This document shows positions 12,772 through 25,945 of a stretch of 64,000 nucleotides of DNA, in pieces. A program made the translations under genes and the position numbers. The DNA is from Octopus vulgaris. Its lineage: Eukaryota. Under the pieces are notes generated by a model. That model did no database searches and was not told the DNA's origin. It was given only the letters and a program-made list of their open reading frames with translations. Positions within the stretch are counted from its first letter, which is position 1; each line of letters opens with the position of its first letter. The stretch spans positions 21,576,001 through 21,640,000 of the forward strand of contig OX597817.1 of the NCBI GenBank assembly GCA_951406725.2, given 5' to 3'.

Positions 12772-13660
12772 CAAAATTTAGAGGACTGACCACTAAAAGT
12801 GGACAGCCTATATGCTAAACATAGACGTCAAATCGCCATTACCACGAAGAATGTGTTCTCAAGAAAAATCTCAGGAAAAAACAAATTGTAAAGATACGCA
12901 AGACAAATGAAAATATACAAAAAAAAATATTACTTATGTACCACTGGTTTCACTTGTTAATATTTACGTATATGGACACGCAAATATCTGTAAGATCATC
13001 AGCATAATCTGTCGTTTACAAAACTTCCTTATATGGGGGATCCATACCTGTAAGAAATAAACATATGTCTAGACTGCAGTTTCGTATATCCCTTTAGCTG
13101 ACTTACAGTCATCATTCCGTACCGTATGTCTTATTCGTTGTAATTCGTCGACATATCTTGTGCCATAAACACGGTTTATTTCGTACAAGTTTTTATACAC
13201 CTTCGAATTTAATAAGATGATTAAGTTTTATTGATGTGTACCGGGTTATAGGTATTTGGACAAATTCTTACACTGACCACTGACACGCATGCAGGAATGT
13301 GATCAATGATTAAGAGCCTTTAATGCCGTTCCATCATTGATTTACCAACATAGCATTCCGGTTTTGGTTTTCGCTTTTCAAACTATGAAATAAATATTAT
13401 CTTATAAAGACAACAGATGCTATTAAAGATTAATTGCTCTGGCGACCCTAAATTTATACTGGAATTGAGAATCAAAACGGTTTTGAATACATTAAAACGT
13501 TGGACTTTTTCGGTATGGTTCGTACGAAGCATGCAACACAGAACTTTACTATGAGATTAGATCGTTGACTTTTGAAATTTTGTTCCTAGCGGTTTCATTC
13601 TCCTAACCATCTTATCAGAATGCAAGGTCACACAAATATCTTGATCAATGACATCTCCAC
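12772..13660 (-). mobile_element. Second decayed Penelope-like element (GIY-YIG remnant plus pLTR)
   Basis: Minus-strand remnant ECYVGKSMMERH*RLLIIDHIPAC (~13360-13288) resembles YIG-T-R-L-RI-EH-P; VRNKPCLWHK lies near 13185-13160. Followed by a hammerhead motif and ends at a (CA)/(TA) tract. Confidence 0.6.
12934..13007 (-). ncRNA. Type I hammerhead ribozyme
   Basis: Minus strand reads ttatg-CTGATGA-tcttacag-atatttgcgtgt-ccat-atacgtaaatat-taacaagt-GAAA-ccagtgg-TA-cataa. Stem I is ttatg/cataa, stem II is a long hairpin, cleavage site GUA. Confidence 0.78.
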
Positions 13661-13742
13661 TCTGACTTCAAACATCATTGATAAATGAAATGTTAATGCA
13701 GATAGAACATTACTATTGTTGCTTTTTTACAGTCGTAGGTTT

Positions 13743-13950
13743 AAGGTGGTGAGCTGGCAGGATCGTTAGCACGCCGGACAAAATGCTTAGCTGCATTTTG
13801 TCCGTCTTTACATTCTCAGTTGAAATCCGCCGAGGTCGACTATACCGTTGATACTTTCAGTGATTAAATAAATACCAGTTATGTAATTGGGTTGATATAA
13901 ACAACTGGCCTCTCACATATTTCAGGCCTTCTGCCTTTAGTAGAAAGGAT
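13743..13950 (+). mobile_element. SINE family A
   Basis: aaggtggtgagctggcaggatcgttagcacgccgg..ccgccgaggtcgac..tttcaggccttctgcctttagtagaaagg. Confidence 0.85.
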
Positions 13951-15649
13951 ATTCGTAGAAGTGATATTGCTTATAATTTTTGTTTCGATTGTTTAAGAGG
14001 ATTTTTTGTGTGAACCCTATTGTTGGCATGGTAAACGAGAATAGGCAAATTGCAAATAGAATCTACATGAAGGAAATGAATTTTGCAATAAATTTTACTT
14101 ATAACATTGGTTTAATGAAGAATACTACAGATAGTATACGTCGGTGAGTAAGCTGGCTAGATTCCATTTTGAAATAGCATTAGTAGATTATTCCTTCGTA
14201 ATCTTGTCGCATCATTGCAAGAAATGATTACGTAAACATGATCTTAATTAAGTGCGTTATGTTATGCATAACTTTACGTCTCGTTGCGCCCGAAGTCACT
14301 ACGAAACATATGAAACTGTATTTATGCTTTAATATAAACTGTCGTTTCAGTTTCAAATTTAATTCGCAGCAGGTCACTCTTATATCTTGGTTGAACTTTT
14401 CATAACGTTGAATACCAATGTCTTCGTCACATTATGCAGAAAATATTACCATGTGTAACTGGAATACTTGCCTTCTTTATTTTCTAAATCATTTCCTTTA
14501 CGTTTTACATATTTGCTGCGTAGGTCTAATGTAGATGTTCTTAATTTTGGCATAGCATCGTAAATCATTGATTCGACTTACCTATTGCATAAATGAATTC
14601 ATCTAACTACCGCAGAAATAAAAACAAATCATTAAAAAATATATATAATCAAAATATTGGAACAAAAGAATCTGTAAAGAAAGAAGTTAGAAGAATTGGT
14701 ATTTGTTGAACTTTCTTTGTTCTTCATTGGCTTGGCGTCATAATGGTAACATTGTTGTAGAAAACCGTGAAAAATATACAGTAAAAAAATGCGTAAGTGT
14801 AAATAGTCTTATTTCGGCATAAAACTTTATTTTGTAGCGTACATGAAATCAATAACATATTGTTGTATAACCTATAAAAATTTAATGAATCTAATAAATT
14901 ACTAATTATGATCTATTAATGATCACAGCGCCACAAAAAGAAATAGAATTTAAACTTTTTATACGATCTCTTTTAATACATTGTAAAAACTTCTACATTA
15001 TCAGTTCATATTGATTTAGACTTTGTACCCCACCTTAGCAGACTTGCCGAACCTATATATTTAAAGTATAATTGTAAATTACATGAAGGTATAAAAGTTG
15101 GTTGCCTACAGAGGGATAATAATCGACATATTGATTTTCTTTTTATTACAGAAAAAAGCCCAAGAGTTTATACGAAAAATGTAATCAATTGTTGTGTTGC
15201 TTATTCTTCTCCTTGGGGAGAAACATGCGGCAAGTCAGCAGGGAAATTGTTTCCACAAGTAGTCTAAATAGATTGTCCACCGAGAAAGTTTAATGTTTCT
15301 TCACACTTATTCACATAACATTTACATATGAGTGTATGTAGGTATGCGAGTAGGTAGTCTGGCAAACAGGTAGATAGGTAGGTAGGTAGGTAAATCTGTG
15401 TGTATATTCGTGTATATTCCAGACGTAACAAGTCAAACAAGCTATGCCTAGTAATACACGAAAACTACCCCACTCCTAATATTTTACACTATTACTTGTT
15501 TGCCATATTAGTATAAATATTATCTAATATTAGCATTATTAATACTTTTAATATTATTAATGCTACTCATAATCTTAATATGATGGATACTAACGTTAAT
15601 ATTTTATATTTGTAGTATATCTATTAAAAGAGTTTTATAATAATAATAA

Positions 15650-15680
<31 letters not shown>

Positions 15681-15872
15681 AACAAGAAGAAGAAGAAGAA
15701 ATTGCTTTAGTAACCATAGGGTATAGATGGAGAAATCACAAGAGGAGAAAACAATTTCTTTTGAGCTTAGCATAAATGATGGAGAGAAAGAAATGGCAAA
15801 GACAGTGAAATGTGATGAAGAATACATTATATATATGTATGTGATAACATGAATGATGCAGTAGTCATGATA

Positions 15873-16255
15873 CTTACTGGTACTTACTTGCGGCGACATT
15901 CCCCCTGGGCGGGTTGAGTCGGCGTCTTCTACTCATGGAAGAAGTTTCGTGGGAATATGTAGACTTCACAAACTGTTCCCAACAATCCCGCACATGAAGA
16001 CATCCAGTTTGACGCAGATAGTCCGCAGACGCAGAGACAGAATGATCGAGGCGCCGCCGGTTGCCGAAGCAGACACTCCGAGGATTTTCACCAGAACCCC
16101 GTCTGCCGGGTTGTGGCCCCAATACCACTCGCTGTCAGACCAATCCGACTTGGGTGACCCTACCAGGAACCGAAGTTCCCGATGGCATGGCTCTGACACT
16201 ACCCGTTACCAGCGTCCCCACCACGGTGAGGAAGGGATTGATTTTGGGGACGCAG
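15873..16255 (-). mobile_element. Non-autonomous bipartite RTE-derived retroelement (5' UTR fused to 3' tail), 383 bp, 12-bp TSD
   Basis: GC-rich island flanked by identical gtagtcatgata at 15861-15872 and 16256-16267. The minus-strand 5' part (cctcaccgtggtgggg..agagccatgccatcggg..cctggtagggtcacccaagtcgga) resembles RTE/Expander-type 5' UTRs. The 3' end (..gggaatgtcgccgcAAGTAAGTAccAGTAAGTA) is an RTE-type short-repeat tail. Confidence 0.8.
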
Positions 16256-16567
16256 GTAGTCATGATAGAGAAACTCAAACTAGGGTCAGTGATGAAAACC
16301 TACAGATTCAGCATTACCTCTCTACCAAATTTACGAGCCCTCTCTCCTGCTTTCCAATCTACAGTAATATACATAGATTGGGGCCATTCATTCTAATCCT
16401 ATGTTCCACAGTTACCCATCATTTCAGAAATTCACTGCCCATCTCTATCATCAGTTTCCTTTGAAAGCAGAAAATAAAGTAGTCGATGAGTGCTTGATAA
16501 AAGAAAAAGGTATCATTTCTGAACCCTTTCAGCTTCGTCTATCACACAACCTCTTTCAATTATTATC

Positions 16568-16768
16568 AGCTGGCAAAATCGTTAGCACACTGAATGAAAT
16601 GCTTAGCGGCATTTCGTTCTTCTTTACGTTCTGAGTTCAAATTCCACCGAGGTCGACTTTGCCTTTAATCATTTCGGTGTCGATAAATTCAGAACCAAAC
16701 AATTACAGGGGTTGATGTAATCGACTATCGCCCTCCCCAACAAATTCCAGGCCTTGTGACTATAGAAA
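16568..16768 (+). mobile_element. SINE family A
   Basis: agctggcaaaatcgttagcac..cgttctgagttcaaattccaccgaggtcgactttgcc..caggccttgtgactatagaaa. Confidence 0.85.
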
Positions 16769-17169
16769 AAACAATTATTATTATAAGGAAAATTATTTTT
16801 GATTAACATTTTAATTATTAGCAGCTATTTTAGTCATAATATTATTTAAAATGTATCACAGAGACATAAACTCACCAGCATCGGCGGTCAAGACACAAGC
16901 GCACGTAAATACACAAGCACACGCACGCACACGCACACACACACACTCAAACACATATCTATATATATTCGACCAGATTCTTTCTGTTTCTTTCGACTAA
17001 ATCAATTTACAATGGAGAAATATGTTGCAAATTTGAAGGTCTGACTAAGCTGTACGGTTTTACTCCACCGCATACCTATTTTTTCCGTTTATGAATATAG
17101 AAGTATACGTGTACACATAGTGAGTAGATCACCAGATTATTCGTTTCGCAAGGCCTAAGCAGTAACTGT

Positions 17170-17236
17170 ATACATATATATATATATACATATATACACG
17201 CACACGTATATATATAAATAAATATACGTATGTATA

Positions 17237-17305
<69 letters not shown>

Positions 17306-17363
17306 GTATATACATATGTATAATTATGGTATATATATATATATATAAAATATATGAATGAAT

Positions 17364-17400
<37 letters not shown>

Positions 17401-17591
17401 ATATTTCTATATATATATATATATATTATATATACATGCATGTATGTATATATGTATGTATATATATATATGGATATATAACTATGTATATATATATATA
17501 TATATTTATATATAATATATTTATATATATACATATATTATATATACATGCATGCATGTATATATGTATGTATATATATATGATATATATC

Positions 17592-17631
<40 letters not shown>

Positions 17632-17660
17632 CATACATATATGTTTGTGTGTGTCTGTGT
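17170..17660. repeat. (TA)n-rich compound microsatellite
   Basis: Direct reading. Confidence 0.95.
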
Positions 17661-17895
17661 GTAGGACAAACGTATTTCTTAGTAGTGTAACTTGAAGTAA
17701 ATAAAGCTATAAATAATGTGTATATATCGAGTTAATATCTTAAAATTTTGTTCCTTTCTTTATTTGTTTATTCATTTGATTGTTTATTAAATCGTTTCGC
17801 AGTATACATTCCTTGAGGAGCTGGCCAGTGTAAGGAGGTCTGAACAGTAACATATGATATGGCGAAACTGTAATCCCCCAGCTTTCTCTCTCTCT

Positions 17896-17934
<39 letters not shown>

Positions 17935-19959
17935 TTGAGGTTTGTCTCATATGTTGATGTAACTGAACGTCTGCTGCAGTTGTGTCGAACATATGAATGT
18001 AACAAATACGTAAAAGAATATCCATTACAAAGAATTTGTTTCGTGAAAATTCCTTAGGCTATGTCTCTAATTAAACGTAAAGACTTTACCGACCCGTTTC
18101 TTGAATATTATTACTTCTGTGCAAGAAATATTTACACTTAGACGTTATCCTCTGCTTAGAACGAAGTAGAGGAAATATCCATCACTTTGAAATATTTAGT
18201 AGTTTTTTTTTTAGTATATTTGGGTATGTGATTTCTTTTTGTTTCCAACAATTTATTTCCTTGACAAGGTAATTTTGTTAAGACTTGCCTGAACAATATT
18301 GTCTTATTATCTAGAAACGTATGTATGCTACTATCTCTCTCTACGTGTGTGCGCGTGGTGAGTACACGTCAGTGTCGTTAGTGTATACATATAATCATAT
18401 ATACATACTTGTAAATACACTTATACACATGTATTCATATATACATATATACTTATATAAATATATTGAGAGAGAGAGAGAGTGAGAGAAAGAACGGGGG
18501 ATTAACGTTTCCCCATATCTTATTTTACTGTTCAGAACTCCTTACACTGGCCAATTCCTCAGTGAATGTATACTTCGAAACGATTTAATAAATAATCAAA
18601 TGAATCAACGAAGAAAGATAAGGGCAAAAACTTTAGATATTGTTAGATAAAATAAAATATAAATATACATAAAAAATCGTAGAGAAATATTTCATAACCA
18701 TTTCTGTTTTGTATTTGCAGATTGTATACATACGTGTGTGTGTGTGTGTGTGTGAGTAAAAATAACCTGCCATAGATTGACATAACGTGTAACAGTACAT
18801 TGAATCTTTGAGACGCAGGTAAAATATTGCGATAGGTTTCAACATTATCATTCCTTAATAAAAGGCTGAACTAATTTTCGGTAAATGTGTCATTTTCAGA
18901 ACACATATGGCAATTTTCATAAATACGGTCAGTTTGTTTATGTGTATCTGTATATGGTGACAAATATAAACTGTTACGTACGAATTGATGATTCTCCTCC
19001 GTGAAAACTCATCTGTTATTGTCTACAGTCGGATTTAAAGCTGGTCAACAAATGAGTCTTCAGATGACAACTCGGCATTTTAAACTCAAATCAAAGACAC
19101 ACTAATGTCTATTAGAATACCTTGCTTAACATCTTCCTTAATTTACGATTATATATTTCATAAGTATTCAAAGAATAATAATAACATAAAAAATGGAAAG
19201 GAAAAGACGAGGTGGTAAATAATCAAATGTCTTTGAACATATGTTTCGTAAACCAGCAATCACATATTTTTAAACAACAAAATAAAATGTAATTGTCATC
19301 AATATGTCGGGTTATCTCTCTTGAAATTTACGTGGATTTGTTACGTCGTTGTTGCTTTGTTGAAATACTTGCCGTTCTCGATTAATCATGTAATAGAATA
19401 TGTAATGCAGTATTACTCTGTTACTAAAATTGTTTGAGGGAGCTTTTACTACAATTTCTGGTTGTTCCATTGAACACGGAAAAAATCTCTTTCTAATAAG
19501 CGCGGTTTCTTTTTGCAATTTGTTAAAAATTTTATCTTATCCACTTACGTAAAAGGCATTTGCGTATAAAAATACACTAAACATATAAGACACATTTTAT
19601 TTTTAAAAATCACGTAAAAAGCGAACTTATTAAGCCTGAAAATCCACTTGATGTTATTGCTAATGAAATTAATGCTAATATGTAATTAGAATTAATTGGT
19701 TTAAAATCAGATAATATCCTAAAATAATTATTCAGAAATTAAAACTTAATTATATTTCTTTCTAATTTCCTATAAAATCACTACAGAAGTAACAACTTTG
19801 TAAAATCATATGATTCACAGATTCTGTGCTATGATTGCATGTATGTGTGTGTGTGTGTGTGTTTGTGTGTATGCACGTCTGTGTTTACGTGTGTGTGTGT
19901 GTATGTATATGTATGTGCATATATATGTATATATTTATATACATGTATACACACATATA

Positions 19960-20000
<41 letters not shown>

Positions 20001-20106
20001 GTGTATACTAGTATATAAATATATACATATATATGCACATACATATACATACACACACACACGTATACACAAATATATATATAAATATTTATATATACAT
20101 ACATAC

Positions 20107-20142
<36 letters not shown>

Positions 20143-20752
20143 ATGCACGTATAACAACATATGTACATCTGGATAGGCGTTTTCTCCACAGTAATGTATA
20201 TTATATACAATACAATGTTTGATGATTAACAAACGATGAGTTATAAGATGTTTTTAAAAGATTAGATTACACAGAATTGCAAACAGAATATGGTGTAATA
20301 ACTCAATTTTCAACAAATCAAATATATTTGTTTAAATATTAATTTATTTAACAGCAGTTTTCTTGTTTAGCCTTGAATCCTACTGTTTTCCTAATGAAGC
20401 CTCGTATAAGTTAGTATTGCTTAAGTATTACAATTCTATGGTGTTTTATACTGGTTGGTTGAAGCCCTCATATAGTTATAACACTAACATGCATTCGAAC
20501 ACACACACACACACAAGGCACCCATAAATAAATACACTTGCATAATAATTTGCGTTTCGCAAATATGAATCCATAACATCCTTATCTAAACCACATAGCA
20601 CAGAAGCAGAAACACATACCTCTCTCCCTCTCACTCTTACAATCTTTCTCACTGAATATACAATATATGTTTGTATGTATGTATGTATATATGTATGTAT
20701 GTATGTATGTATGTGCATGTGAGTGGCGTGATGATGTACATATATTTATATA

Positions 20753-21138
20753 CTCTTTCACTCTTTTACTCTTTTACTTGTTTCAGTCATTTGACTGCGG
20801 CCATGCTGGAGCAACTCGACCCCGGGACTTATTCTTTGTAAGCCCAGTACTTATTCCATCGGTCTTTTTTGCCGAACCGCTAAGTGACGGGGACATAAAC
20901 ACACCAGCATCGGTTGTCGAGCAATGCTAGAGGGACAAACACAAACATACACGCACACACACATATACATATATATACATATATACGACGGGCTTCTTTC
21001 AGTTTCCGTCTACCAAATCCACTCACAAGGCTTTGGTCGGCCCGATGCTATAGAAGAAGACACTTGCCCAAGATGCCACGCAGTGAGACTGAACCCGGAA
21101 CCATGTGGTTGGTAAACAAGCTACTTACCACACGGCCA
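20753..21138 (-). mobile_element. tRNA-derived SINE family B (CORE-like, internal microsatellite, (GTAAAAGA)n tail)
   Basis: Matches copies at 52266, 53296 and 59263: tggtaagtagcttg..ccgggttcagtc..cttgggcaagtgtcttct..ccagcatggccgcagtcaaatgactgaaacaagtaaaagag. A 19-bp direct repeat atgtacatatatttatata lies at 20734-20752 and 21152-21170. Confidence 0.9.
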
Positions 21139-21895
21139 TATATATAAATATATGTACATATATTTATATATTCACATATATGTACATATATTTATATATT
21201 CCCGTACATATACACACATATACACATTCACATTAGGTAATTTTATGCAATATTCGCCGGTGCTGTTACTTCTAAATATTTGTAATTTTGTATATATACC
21301 GTGAACAATTCGTAGACAGTAGCATTGTTATATATTCAATCATACATATAAACAATACACCGTTTATTACTTTACTTTAAACAACACTTCCCTTAGTTTC
21401 ATTCAAGCATGAATGCAATGTGCCATATTCTTAGCACAGCAAAGTTTTGGGGCAAGGGATTTTTTTCTCTCTTCCTAAACATAACCTTCAAATCGACACA
21501 AAATTATCAATTCGTTGGGAAGCAAACAGCTATAAAAATGAATGCTTAATATACTATAACATCGGAATTACGAAGATGTTTGATTTATATCTTAAGGAAG
21601 ATTGAACCTCCTTATAAATTGCTATTCGCGAATTATAGTTTTAAAATGCTCAAAATCGTTTGCAGGACAGAAATACATATGTATCTCCTAATACAATATC
21701 TAATACAGGTTTTCCAAGTATCTCCCTTTCAATTGAATCTTCTATCTCTTTGTACTTTTCTTATCTGTCTATATGTATACATTAATACATTTACCCATTC
21801 TATTTGTCTATGTATCTACGTATCTATCCATCTATCAATCTGTCTATTATATATATGTCTGCTTGATTCATATTATCACTCTCTCTCTCTCTCTC

Positions 21896-21933
<38 letters not shown>

Positions 21934-23257
21934 GACACACTCAAACACACTCTCTCTCTCACACCTGTATATAATTACAGATCACATAAACTGACATATA
22001 CTTCCGTATGCATATGTAAAAGTACGTACATATATGTATATACACATGTGTGTTGTCGAATAAGTTATAATAGCATCGAATTAACTGCCATCACTCTATT
22101 ACGAAGATATATAATAACTGTAATTAAACTTCCTAATTCATCTTAATGCCGATATCCGAAGTTCACTAGTAAGGCTTGCAATATTGCTGGCTTCTTTTAT
22201 CGGATTTGAATGATTCAGTTGTCTAGCATTGTTCTTCTTTTCTTAATTTGGCTGTTGTAACATTCATTCTACTAATTTTTCCTTTGCTTTACTTTGATGC
22301 TCGTGTTGATGTTATTTTCTTACGATGTGTTTCTTCATGTTGTTGAAGATTCACGGGTAGTTTCTACCACTTCATATCGTGGATATCACACTTGCCGTTG
22401 TTACTTTTAATTGATGCTGTCCTGAAAGTTACTGGTGATATATTGAAACAGTTTATGTGTGCGGCTTTCAACAACAGAATAAAAATAACATAAAAACAAA
22501 AAAAAAAAAAAGACATCGGTCTATATAAACTAAAAGCATTTGAATCAATAGCATTGATGATTCAGGTGACACATTGCGAAGTCAGCAAAGATTATTTTTC
22601 GCTTTCATGAAAAGCCAAAACAGAAATCAATAAAAACCTTGAATGATTTGCCATTGAGGGCAGGAGGCCACCAATATATCAACGTCTTCCACTATCGATT
22701 TGCCTTCTTTGCTTCATTGAACGATTTTAGTATAGTTTCATTTGCATCATCCAATCATTTTGATTCCGAAGAAACTGTCTCTTTTCTTTCATAATCTATA
22801 AAGTCCCTCAATTTAAACTAAAATCCAATAATGCTTTCGTGAGGTAGGAGAAGTAATCGAAGAGAGTCTAAAAGGAATCCTTATATTTCTTACTGGAAAT
22901 TTCGGCCCAAATTATTTTAATTGAAATACTGCATCCCTGCTCTTCGCCGGATTTTGTATTGCCATGTGTAAATTATTACCTAAATTTCTTCAACTTCAAT
23001 TCCAAAATATGTTATCCGTTATGTGGATATCACATGAATAGTGGAATCAACATTTGTCTTGTAGCGTTCAATTATACATTAATGCAATTTCTGCTGCTTC
23101 CAATATTTGATAATTAAGCGTCAATAGTCAGCTCGCAATTTACTCATCGATTAGCGACTTGTTCAAACCAGAGAAAGTTTACACATACACCGGAAAATAC
23201 GATTTCTTTAGGAAATTCAGTGAGATTACAAAACATTGCAAACACATTCATACATAC

Positions 23258-23295
<38 letters not shown>

Positions 23296-23302
23296 ATTCG
23301 TG

Positions 23303-23352
<50 letters not shown>

Positions 23353-23407
23353 AATATATATACATATGTATATGCATATAATTATATATATATATATATA
23401 TATGTGG

Positions 23408-23439
<32 letters not shown>

Positions 23440-23714
23440 GAAGAGAAAGAGAGAGAGATACGTATTACATGCATGCTTACATACATGCACACGCCCGCAT
23501 GAGATGAACCATTCCGAATTTGCAAAACATAAAATTGTGAATATCAAAGGGAGTTTAATGATATTTTAAATGTATACAACTTCAAGGATGGATATAGTTT
23601 TATAACAACAATATTTCACCCAATAACATTGTAAAATTAGAAATTTCTAATAGTAATTCTCATAGATTCCAGAACAAAGAAAAACACGTAAGGCAATACA
23701 ATGATAGTATTCCT

Positions 23715-23718
23715 ATAT

Positions 23719-23785
<67 letters not shown>

Positions 23786-23850
23786 CGTATATATATATAT
23801 ATATCTGTTATATATATATATATATCTGTATGTATATATATATATATGTG

Positions 23851-23895
<45 letters not shown>

Positions 23896-23900
23896 ATATG

Positions 23901-23947
<47 letters not shown>

Positions 23948-24016
23948 TATATGTATGTATATATGTATGTTTATATGTATATATATAAATATATATATGT
24001 ATGTATATATGTATGT

Positions 24017-24063
<47 letters not shown>

Positions 24064-24071
24064 CATGTATG

Positions 24072-24102
<31 letters not shown>
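23715..24102. repeat. (TA)n/(TATG)n microsatellite
   Basis: Direct reading. Confidence 0.95.
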
Positions 24103-24719
24103 GACACGCACTATGTAGATACACGCACTATGTAGATACTCTGCGCCTTTGATTTGTTACTGTTATTTTATTTACTTTGACTGGAAATCTTTGGTCACAC
24201 ATCCTGTAACGTCTTCAGTGACTCTCCCACGTGTCTTTCTTCTCTTTTGTCTAGCCATCCTCTTCTGTTTAGACAAATATAGAAACACACAAACTACGAA
24301 ACAGACGACCATAGAGTGTGCGGTGTTTTTTGTTGTTCTTTTTAGTGGTTTGTTGCGTAAATATAATCTTCTTAAATATAAGAATGTGTTTAAACACATT
24401 TTATATCAGAATCATTGCGATATAAATACCTACGCGCACACACACACACATATATATACACATATATATACTTGAATCTGCATACCGTCGAATGACAATA
24501 ATCGTTATATTTCTACATCATGTGTCTTGTACACCGTGTGTTTCAACCAATTTCTTTATGCTAAGACACTGTATTGCAAGTGATATGCATCTCTCAATGG
24601 TTGGAATTAGTTTTTGTGGATCCTACCTATATTGGAACATAAGCAAATATATATATATATATATAATAAGAAATATTGAACTTCTAATCTCTCGTAGAGA
24701 CATGTACGGTGGTGGGGCG

Positions 24720-24829
24720 ATAGAATGGTTGTATACTGTCAATCTAACAAGAATGTGACAGTAGGGGGTACAACGGTGGTGTACCCCCTACTGTCACGTC
24801 CTTGTTAGATTGACAGTATACAACCATTC

Positions 24830-24832
<3 letters not shown>
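24720..24832. repeat. Near-perfect inverted repeat (53-bp arms, 7-nt loop)
   Basis: Left arm 24720-24772, loop acggtgg, right arm 24780-24832; 51 of 53 positions are Watson-Crick complementary. Confidence 0.95.
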
Positions 24833-24860
<28 letters not shown>

Positions 24861-24949
24861 TAGTATATATAATATATATATAATATATATAATATATATA
24901 ATATATATAACATATATATAATATATATAATATATATATAATATATATA

Positions 24950-25030
<81 letters not shown>

Positions 25031-25835
25031 TATTGGCGTGTGTGTGTGTGTACGTATATATGCGCAACTATATTCTATATTTACGTGGAAGCACGGTGTT
25101 GTAGAAAAGTTCTAGTATTAATGAGGGAAACTTTTATCGAACCGGATATAAATTTAGAAATCCTAATCCGCGGAAGTGCATTATTACGCCAATGCAAAAC
25201 ACAAGACAGTACCGGACACTACGCTTTATTATTACTACAAAAATATGCAAGAATTTGCATACTCTTCATAGGTTACCCGATTTCCGAATTACTCTTTCTT
25301 TACAATATTATTTTCATTGATTTTCGTTGATGCTGGAAATATATTGGCTAAAACAGATTCTTCACTACATTTAATCCGTGGTTTGCAGTTATGCTATCCT
25401 TTTCTTCTGTGTGCATATAATCTTTGCATAATCAAGGAATTTAGAAGTGTTGATCTATTAAAATTATTCAATGTTGTTCACTAAAACAATTATAACTTAA
25501 TATGCACACCGTTATATACATTAATTTCTGTCCTGAGTCTACAATTACCTTGTAATATAGTCTGGGAAATCGGCATACGGTTGTATCATATTGAAACAGA
25601 ACCAATATTTTAAAATAACAAAACAGAATCTGAGGATAACTATTACAAATAGTGAAGCTAATATTGAAGGATGGTAAAAAGTAGGCCCCACGTTTTAAGA
25701 TGTACAATGATCAAGTCCAGATATATTATAGACAGAGTGGAAATATTGTCATTCACATGATATAAAAATTTTCAAAAACGATATGCTGGATAACTAGGAT
25801 AACAAAGTATAATAGAAACGAAAGAAATCAACCGT

Positions 25836-25905
<70 letters not shown>

Positions 25906-25909
25906 AAAG

Positions 25910-25945
<36 letters not shown>

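Noticed and set aside
15874-16464. 171-aa plus-strand ORF, and a minus-strand exon-like segment with an apparent GTAAGT donor at ~15888
   Set aside because: Both coincide with the TSD-flanked RTE-derived insertion. The GTAAGT is the element's (AAGT)n tail and no frame resembles a known protein. Exonisation cannot be excluded without RNA data.
22150-22423. Possible minus-strand exon (tttcag acceptor), also similar candidates at ~3483-3544, ~11428-11461, ~43000-43243 and ~47418-47560
   Set aside because: Only splice-like dinucleotides; frames are short or closed and give no recognisable protein. Needs RNA-seq.
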